64,000 bases of DNA. It comes from Octopus sinensis. Its lineage: Eukaryota. The position numbers were made by a program, and so were the translations under genes. The notes under the pieces were generated by a model that had not been told where the DNA came from, did not search any database, and was given only the letters and a program-made list of their open reading frames with translations. Where the stretch lies: contig NC_043008.1 in assembly GCF_006345805.1 (NCBI RefSeq), positions 15,376,001-15,440,000 of the forward strand, in the 5' to 3' direction. Below are positions 56,186-64,000 of the stretch, piece by piece. Numbering within the stretch: the first letter of the stretch is position 1; each line of letters starts with the position of its first letter.

Positions 56186-57013
56186 ACTAATATAGGATGA
56201 GTTTTTTACAGAAAAAGATTCCATCAAAAAATGGCAGCATAATTAAAATACCTTTAAAGGTTAAAATTACAAACGACTTATAAACAAGGGCAAAAGAAAA
56301 TTATTTCTATGTCAATATGTTGATAACAGACTTTTAAATCGTCAATTTCCACATATTATTATACCCACTACAGAAATACGTTGTGCTGAAATCGAGGAGC
56401 GCTAGCCAACATAATTTTTTAAAATGTTAGTTATTTCTATATTGAATCAATTTCGGAATTATTCTCATAATAGATTTTTTTCCTCGTCAGTAGAAAATAC
56501 GAATAGAAATATATGAAATACTTACATGCGCCCATGAAAAAAAAAACGGAGCAAAATTCATGAGTACATATAAGTACCCCAGATATATCTAAATATAAAA
56601 TCCTTTGGTTAGCCTCAGCACATGTATGAATGTTCTCCACCACAGCTTATAGTGGTTACCAGTCCCTATAGCGAATAGTAATAAATCTACCAGTAATATA
56701 GGATGAAGTTTTCTTACAAAAAGAAAATCCATCAAAAAAGTGGCAGCATATTTAAAATACCATTAAAGGTTAAAATATAAACAACTTATAAACAAGGGCA
56801 AAAGAAAATGATTTCTACGCCAATATGCTGATAACAGACTTTTAAATCGACAATTTCCACATATTATTAAACCCACTACAGAAATACGTCGTGCTGAAAT
56901 CGAGGAAAGCTGTAGTGGGTATAATAATATGTGGAAATTGACATTTTAAAAGTTTGTTATCAGCATATTGGCATAGAAATACTTTCCTTTGCTCTTGTTT
57001 ATAAGTTTGTTTT
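56186..57013. repeat. three-copy direct plus inverted repeat (~210-bp unit)
   Basis: 56186-56398 and 56694-56906 are direct copies; 56911-57013 is an inverted partial copy forming a hairpin with the second. Confidence 0.8.
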
Positions 57014-57276
57014 ATATATATATATATATATATATTATAGAAGGAGCTTCTACAGGATAGAACTGTTTCATTCAAAAGAAATCATCGGTTCTAGTCCTGT
57101 AGAAGCTCCTTCTATAAAATAATTAATTTACTCTGCTATGTATTGAGTACCTTATTTACTCTGGTTAACCCCGACTCAACCGGGACCTACATATATATAT
57201 ATATATATCTATATATATATAAGCATTAATAAATCTCTGAACGAGATTAAACAGTAACCGCTCGACCGTTAAAGTG

Positions 57277-57497
57277 TACTATCCATCTGAATGTTGCTGG
57301 CCACTGGGGGTGGGTGTTACTGAAGCTTATAGCCCCGGGAGATCATCGTCTCCAGCTGGCTTTAGACACACTTTCTTGCCCTGTGCACAGAAGGCACAGA
57401 AAGTGTGTCTAAAGCCAGCTGGAGACGAAGATCTCCTGGGGTTATAAGCTTCAGTAACACCCACCCCCAGTGGCTAGCCACATTCAGATGGCTAGTA
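57277..57497. repeat. GC-rich near-perfect fold-back (~100-bp arms), probable TA-flanked MITE
   Basis: Arms CCATCTGAATGT...GACACACTTTCT with 5 mismatches over ~90 bp; short centre containing TGTGCACA; TACTA/TAGTA ends. Confidence 0.85.
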
Positions 57498-58636
57498 TAA
57501 TTTACGTATATATATATATATATATACATACACCACAGGGAGAGAAACACACAGTCACACACACACATATATATATGTGCAACTACCATTTAGTGTGGAA
57601 TAATATAATGTTCAGCGCTTATTGTTCTTTTCTGTATGTTAAGGAAAGGCGCTCTGTAGAACATGAGATTTCTGTAGCTAATAACTGACTATAAGGTCTC
57701 TTTCAAATAATTTTCGGTTCAGTAACTTTGTAATAACTGTTAGTAGAGTTTTGCTGTTGGTGATACGAGACATTTGCACAACAGTAATTTAGTACGTAGA
57801 GCTCATTAACCACATTACATCATGGTTGTGTTCGTTGCTCATGGTACTAGTGTTACGAGAACCTGATCATCGTTGCAGTAGAACCTTTTACTATGTTCAT
57901 TGTATGGCTTTTATATACTGTGGTATGAATTTAAAATATCTTACTTATCCGTACCTCACCTTAATTGTGTAAAATAATGTATGTACTTTCACGACGATTG
58001 GTTTAGAATTAATTTCCCACCTCTTTAGCATATGCAGGTTTTTTTTGTATTGTTTTCCTTTTTCTGACATTCATTTAAATTCCTAGTTGACATCAGTTCT
58101 GGGAATGTTTCCACACTCTCTCTTTTACGTTTTTGGCTTGGAACATTTCAATTATATCAGTATGAATTAATTGAAACACTATCAAAAGGCTGAAAAAGAA
58201 GATCTAACAATACAAAATTATGTTTGATTATTGATTCTCAAACAGCTTGAAGAAGCCTTTTGACATATCAAATAAGAGATACAAATTTTCCAAGTTCTAA
58301 GATTCAAATTTCAAAGGAACAAATTCTTCTTGTACAACTATCCAGATTCTTCACATAATTTGTGTGCGTATACATTAGATATATACGCGCGTGCGACAGA
58401 CACACACATATAGAGAGAGAAAGAAAAAGGAGGAAATTAAATTTAGACATATAGATATATGTATAAGTACACGTACATAATATATATAATACAATTATGT
58501 ATAAATATATAGGTCTTGGTTTTCAACAGGCGTAAATTATAAAGTGATATTTTGAAGTGGTTAGACGAACTTAGAGTCTATTTTCAGCATATAGACAGAG
58601 AAACCTCTGGATCCTTAATTATAATAATATTTTATA

Positions 58637-59020
<384 letters not shown>

Positions 59021-59029
59021 GATAAAACG

Positions 59030-61453
59030 GTAAGATAACAAAAGAAAGAAAGAGACCTCAATATTATGTAAATAGAGGAAATTTATCTATACAATATGTT
59101 ACATTACTCGGTAGTCAAGATAAATCTCTGAGTTTCAGATGCCGAAGTGGAAATCCACAATACCATCTCTTCGGTTATCTGGCTATTTAAAACGTTATGA
59201 AAAAATACCGTTTAAAATGAAGGGAAATTACTCTGTTATAACTCTGCTTTGCCTGCGTACTTATACATCGCTCGCATTTTTCGTCATAAAAATTATATAA
59301 AATACATAAAAATATATAAAAATATATAAAAATATATAAAATCTTCTTGGACATAACACAGAAAGCATGATCTATCCGTTTTCTTTAGGGACCAAAACGT
59401 AACAGAAATTTAGTCACATGTGGGCATGATCCGAAAAGCTCTGTCCTTGTATTTAGACATGTGGTAGGGTCTAAGAGCTGCTTTTCCAGATAAGCCATCT
59501 CTCCATGTCGCATAAACCGCACCTTCCGCTGCCGTTAGTATAGGGCTTACATCTGGCCAAATCTTCCATTGTATGTTATAATCGACACCTTTATCTCTTA
59601 AAGACCAATATCTTGGATAATTGTGTCGCTTTTCTTTTGTTCCAGTGCCTAAAGCTCAAAGTGTGGTTATTGAACCTGGCCTTGAAATTACCCTCTGTCA
59701 GGCCCACGTATTTCGCGTCGAAACGGTGTCTTTAGTGGTTATAGAGTTACGGTAGCTTCATATATGATGGTCTTGGACATGCAAGCTCCATTTAGCGGCA
59801 CAATTCTTTATTCCTGCATGAACAGCTGTTTTCTTCTTCTTGTGTTTTTTGTATGTTATATGATTAAGTTTTTTAAAATTGGTAGTTGAACTAAAACTAA
59901 TTTTTAAATTGTGTCTATTAAAGAGTTTCCTATAAGCATGGTTAACTGGAAAATGTCTATCTATCAGTGCTAGGAAATATTTACCTATATTGAAGGCCAC
60001 CTCGGGTGAGTAAGGGGCGTAAACCAGATGACCTTCCTATTTCTATTATTCCTTTTCCTTATTGTTGGGCTGGTGATAGGTGTATATTTTATTTTTCGCT
60101 AAAAACCACTATCTTTTAAAGCTTTATTATAAACTGGGGCAACGCTATTGAAGATGTCCTCATTAGATGAGAGGCTAGAAATCCTCTTACTAATATTTTT
60201 AACTAATTTTTGAATACTATAGGGGGATGGCATGAACCTACATTAATATAACTTAGTCTATCATTGGGCTTCCTATAAGGCTTATAATATATATTAAGAT
60301 CTAAGGAAACGTCTAAGAAATTGACAACCGTCAGGTTAGTGTCTATAGTTATACTAAGTCGAAGTTTTCATTAACTGGATAATATCCTTCCTAAAAACGA
60401 TCTTGTGCTGGTCCATTTGTATTAGCTGTTAAGGCGAGGGCATCATCTTTGTAGATGGCGAAATGTACGTTAGGGAATGTCTTACCGAAGGTATCTAGGA
60501 GAAGAGTCCAATTAGATCACAGATGCCTGCCCCATCATATGAACCCATGCTCACATCGAAAGCGCCCTCCGTGTCGGGTTTTTTTACCCACTTTGCATCT
60601 CACTGAAAGTAATGTCTTTCTAGCATGGAAGATTATATCCTTATCATGGTACTAATTTCTATGAAGTCACTAGCGAAGATTAGGGCTTTATCTAGCAGTT
60701 CTTTAGAGATAGAGGCATAAAATCAACAATATCGAATTGTGTAAACCTCGCTTTTTCTTATTCTTAATAGCTTTAAACCAGTCTACGACTTCTATACTAT
60801 TGGACCATTGCACTAGCCTAGTATCGGTCCTTAATTTTCGTATTTATTTATCTAAAATTTCTTGCTAATAATCCCTAGTTCTGACTGGCTGGGTTGATAA
60901 GCCTACATTTAGGGTTGGAAAGGAAGTTTCTTTGTGGTCTTTAATAGTAATAAAGGCCTCTTTTTGGGGAGGGTTTCTATTTTTTTTATCTAATTTAAGT
61001 TTAGCGGCGATGACGCTAGCTTCTTTATTAATTTCGTTATATGTCTGTGCCCTAGCCTTAGTATAATTATTATGATGCTGTTGTGTAAGAGTTGTGTGTA
61101 TTTGCTGTTATCTACCAGGTATAAGTTCTTGGTTTTATCCGAAAAAGTGCTTTTTTCTTGGAGCTTTTTTATGATGAATATCTTTTTTCAATTTATGTTG
61201 GAAATTGTTAAAAGACTTACGAAACTTTATTTTGCTCATGATCTTCAGCAGGTCCGCTTCGAAATCTTCCAAGCCTTTAATCCTAGGAGGGAATTTTTTG
61301 GATTTTATCCGATAGCAAATGTTTTCCTTGGTGTTCGCTTCTGTGTCAAAAAAGAAAGCCTTCCATCTCATACCTTATTACATCAGTAATTTTTTGCAGA
61401 AGTTTCTTAGAGTAAAAATCCTTTGATGGGATCGGTATATTTTTCATAGAATA
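59030..61453 (-). mobile_element. Penelope-like retroelement, near full length (RT + C-terminal GIY-YIG; Hydra-clade-like)
   Basis: Minus-strand peptides YSMKNIPIPSK..MRWKAFFF..FEADL..DKTKNLY..FDIVDF..IIFHARKTLL..FDVSMGSYDGAGICDLIGLF..IYKDD..VNFLDVSLDL..HPP..FNIGKYFLALIDRHFP..CSCRNKELCPLNGAC (CxCx5Cx5C)..IIYEA..KYVGLTEG.FKARFNNH..CGLC...LNTRTELFGSCPH. Confidence 0.9.
59385..61453 (-). pseudogene. PLE ORF (~690 codons, frameshifted as assembled)
   Basis: Stop TAA at 59385-59387 after KFLLRFGP; begins YSMKNIP at 61453; multiple 1-nt frameshifts. Confidence 0.82.
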
Positions 61454-62904
61454 ATCTGTGATCTAATTGGACTCTTTCTCCTAGATACCTTCGGTAAGAC
61501 ATTCCCTAACGTACATTTCGCCATCTACAAAGATGATGCCCTCGCCTTAACAGCTAATACAAATGGACCAGCACAAGATCGTTTTAGGAAGGATATTATC
61601 CAGTTAATGAAACACTTCGGACTTAGTATAATAACTATAGACACTAACCTGACGGTTGTCAATTTCTTAGACGTTTCCTTAGATCTTAATAATAATATTT
61701 ATAAGCCTTATAGGAAGCCCAATGATAGACTAAGTTATATTAATGTAGGTTCATGCCATCCCCCTATAGTATTCAAAAATTTAGTTAAAAATATTAGTAA
61801 GAGGATTTTAGCCTCTCATCTAATAGGACATCTTCAATAGCGTTGCCCCAGTTTATAATAAAGCTTTAAAGATAGTGGTTTTTAGCGAAAAAAATAAAAT
61901 ATAACCCTATCACCAGCCCAACAATAGGAAAAGGAATAATAGAAATAGGAAGGTCATCTGGTTTACGCCCCCCTTACTCACCCGAGGTGGCCTTCAATAT
62001 AGGTAAATATTTCCTAGCACTGATAGATAGACATTTTCCAGTTAACCATGCTTATAGGAAACTCTTTAATAACACAATTTAAAAATTAGTTTTAGTTCAA
62101 CTACCAATTTTAAAAACATAATCAATCATAACATACAAAAAACACAAGAAGAAAACAGCTTGTTCATGCAGGAATAAAGAATTGTGCCCGCTAAATGGCT
62201 TGCATGTCCAAGACCATCATATATGAAGCTACCGTAAACTCTATAACCTAAAGACACCGTTTCGACGAAGAAATACGTGGGCCTGACAGAGGGTAATTTC
62301 CATCAAGGCCAGGTTCAATATAACCACACTTTGAGCTTTAGGCACTGGAACAAAAGAAAAGCGACACAATTATCCAATCATATTGGTCTTTAAGAGATAA
62401 AGGTGTCGATTATAACATACAATGGAAGATTTTGGCCAGATGTAAGCCCTATACTAACGGCAGCGGAAGGTGCGGTTTATGCGACATGAGAGATGGCTTA
62501 TCTGGGGAAAAGCAGCTTAGACCCTACCACATGTTAAATACAAGGACAGAGCTTTTCGGATCATGCCCACATGTGACTAAATTTCTGTTACGTTTTTTGG
62601 TCCCCTAAGAAACGGATAGATCATGCTTTCTGTGTTATGTCCCAAGAAGATTTTATATATTTTTATATATTTTTATATATTTTTATGTATTTTTATATAA
62701 TTTTTATGACGAAAAATGCGAGCGATGTATAAGTACGCAGGCCAAGCAGAGTTATAACCAGAGTAATTTCCCTTCTTTTTAAACGGTATTTTTTCATAAC
62801 GTTTTCAAATAGCCAGATAACCGAAGAGATGGTATTGTGGATTTCCACTTCGGCATCTGAAACTCAGAGTTTTATCTGACTACCGAGTAATGTACATATG
62901 TATA
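61454..62904 (+). mobile_element. 5'-truncated inverted copy of the same Penelope-like element
   Basis: Reverse complement of 59088-60524; contains YKDD (61526-61537), GIY-YIG halves IIYEA (62216) and KYVG (62271), and the 3' UTR. Confidence 0.92.
62814..62878 (+). ncRNA. variant type I hammerhead-like motif in the PLE 3' region (mirror copy 59118-59181, minus)
   Basis: Stem I CAGATAA/TTATCTG, core CCGAAGA (U4 to C), stem II GATG/CATC plus an extra U, GAAA, minimal palindromic stem III ACTC-A-GAGT. Two core deviations. Confidence 0.4.
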
Positions 62905-63031
62905 TTATAATATATCTTATATATCTATCATATCTAATTATTAAGGTATGTAGAAAATACAACAACATGGACAAGAACGTTATAACTCTTAGAAGACGAC
63001 ACAATAAACAAGGACAGGACATTCGAACCCC

Positions 63032-63094
63032 TCAGTCTTCAGTCAAGAACCGGATCATCGTAGTAATTTCGGCTGATTAATCTTGAGATTACTA
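63032..63094 (-). ncRNA. hammerhead-ribozyme-like motif with non-circularly permuted segment order
   Basis: Minus strand: TAGTAAT-C-TCAAGA ttaa TCAG cc GAA-ATTACTA cgatgatccggt TCTTGA-CTGAAGA-CTGA. A 7-bp stem III and a 6-bp stem I sit in exact register with GAAA, UC and CUGANGA. Confidence 0.65.
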
Positions 63095-63123
63095 GATCAC
63101 GGCCATATATATATATATATAAA

Positions 63124-63340
63124 TCCAAGCTGAGTTTGAGAGGGAACTGAAGTCTCCGCATACGGTAGGAGTAGTCTGTTAGGGTTGGCGGAATTTTCGG
63201 AATAAAAACAGTAGCGTTGTTGCCGCATCTCTTGATAATTTGGACTTCAATGACGTGGTCCATCATTTGTTTGACCTCAAGGCCAATTCCATTGCACAAT
63301 GTGGGTGCGTTTAGTTTGCGTAGGCGGATGGTAGGGCATC
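63124..63340 (-). pseudogene. Helitron/PIF1-family helicase fragment
   Basis: Minus peptide PTIRLRKLNAPTLCNGIGLEVKQMMDHVIEVQII..VFIPKIP..RRLQFPLKLS matches the PIF1/Helitron pattern LRNL....LCNGTRL...VIEA.I...VFIPRIP....RLQFPVRLAF. Confidence 0.8.
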
Positions 63341-63536
63341 TAAAGTGAAATTCATGTCGTCTCGTATAGGAAATATCTCTTTCTAAATAAAATGTTGACG
63401 AGGAAGAACTGAAGAAATTGACGAAAACTTAAATAATATACTGAATCCGCTTCGGACACGAGTCTCATCGTGAATACTCTTTGTCTTCTCTGTGAAAACA
63501 TCTGCACACAGTCTCACTTGCGCGTGTATATATATT

Positions 63537-63597
<61 letters not shown>

Positions 63598-64000
63598 TGT
63601 ATATACATATTATGCGCGCGTGCGTTGTGCGTGCAAAAAAGGAAAAAAAGAACATACTTCTTGAAATTTATCATGGAAAAAAGAAAAAGAAATATCTAAA
63701 TGTTTATCCAAATATGCTACCAGTTTCACTCGTTTTATAAAGCGATTTAGTCATGTCGCAAAATAACAAATTAGATTCAAATGAATGAAATTCAATCTAA
63801 TTAATCTTTAATGATATTGATTCTGGAAGTTCTCATGCTTTTCTTCTAAAATTTATATGCTGCGTCTCGCTGGATCCCTTCTGAATATTGCTGGGTTGTA
63901 GTAGTAGGAATAGTATCAATTTAAATCGCGGCAATTCTTTTTAGCACCCAATCCTGGATGCTGTTCTTACGGAGTGAGCGCATTAATAATCTTTTCTACT

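Noticed and set aside
59385-61453. Selenocysteine (TGA read-through) coding as reported for some Naiad PLEs
   Set aside because: The conserved Cys positions I could read are TGT/TGC, disruptions are frameshifts, and the domain order is not Naiad-like.
59088-62904. Inverted repeat as a missed-adapter read artefact
   Set aside because: Considered less likely: there is a 929-bp non-mirrored spacer and the mirror stops near the element end rather than extending into flanking DNA. Not fully excluded without reads.

Overview
Eukaryotic, AT-rich, repeat-saturated DNA with no recognisable host protein-coding gene. The SINE families and microsatellite load resemble Octopus/coleoid cephalopod genomes (recognised from memory, not verified by search). 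Contents: (i) many copies of at least four tRNA-derived SINE families, several with clear target-site duplications; (ii) a 5'-truncated L1/Tx1-clade LINE (10786-13592) and a second copy of its 3' end (13756-14367), both embedded in (TATC)n; (iii) two decayed CR1-like LINE 3' fragments whose tail resembles the tail of the dominant SINE; (iv) mariner/Tc1 deletion derivatives, piggyBac-, Tigger- and Mutator-like MITEs and several fold-back elements; (v) a head-to-head inverted Penelope-like retroelement (RT + C-terminal GIY-YIG, 59030-62904) with ~1.45-kb arms that differ almost only by small indels; (vi) immediately distal, a minus-strand hammerhead-ribozyme-like motif whose three core segments are in a non-circularly permuted order (63032-63094), followed by a Helitron/PIF1 helicase fragment. 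Most ORF-track entries are microsatellite or SINE artefacts. Coordinates were read by eye and may be off by a few bases.
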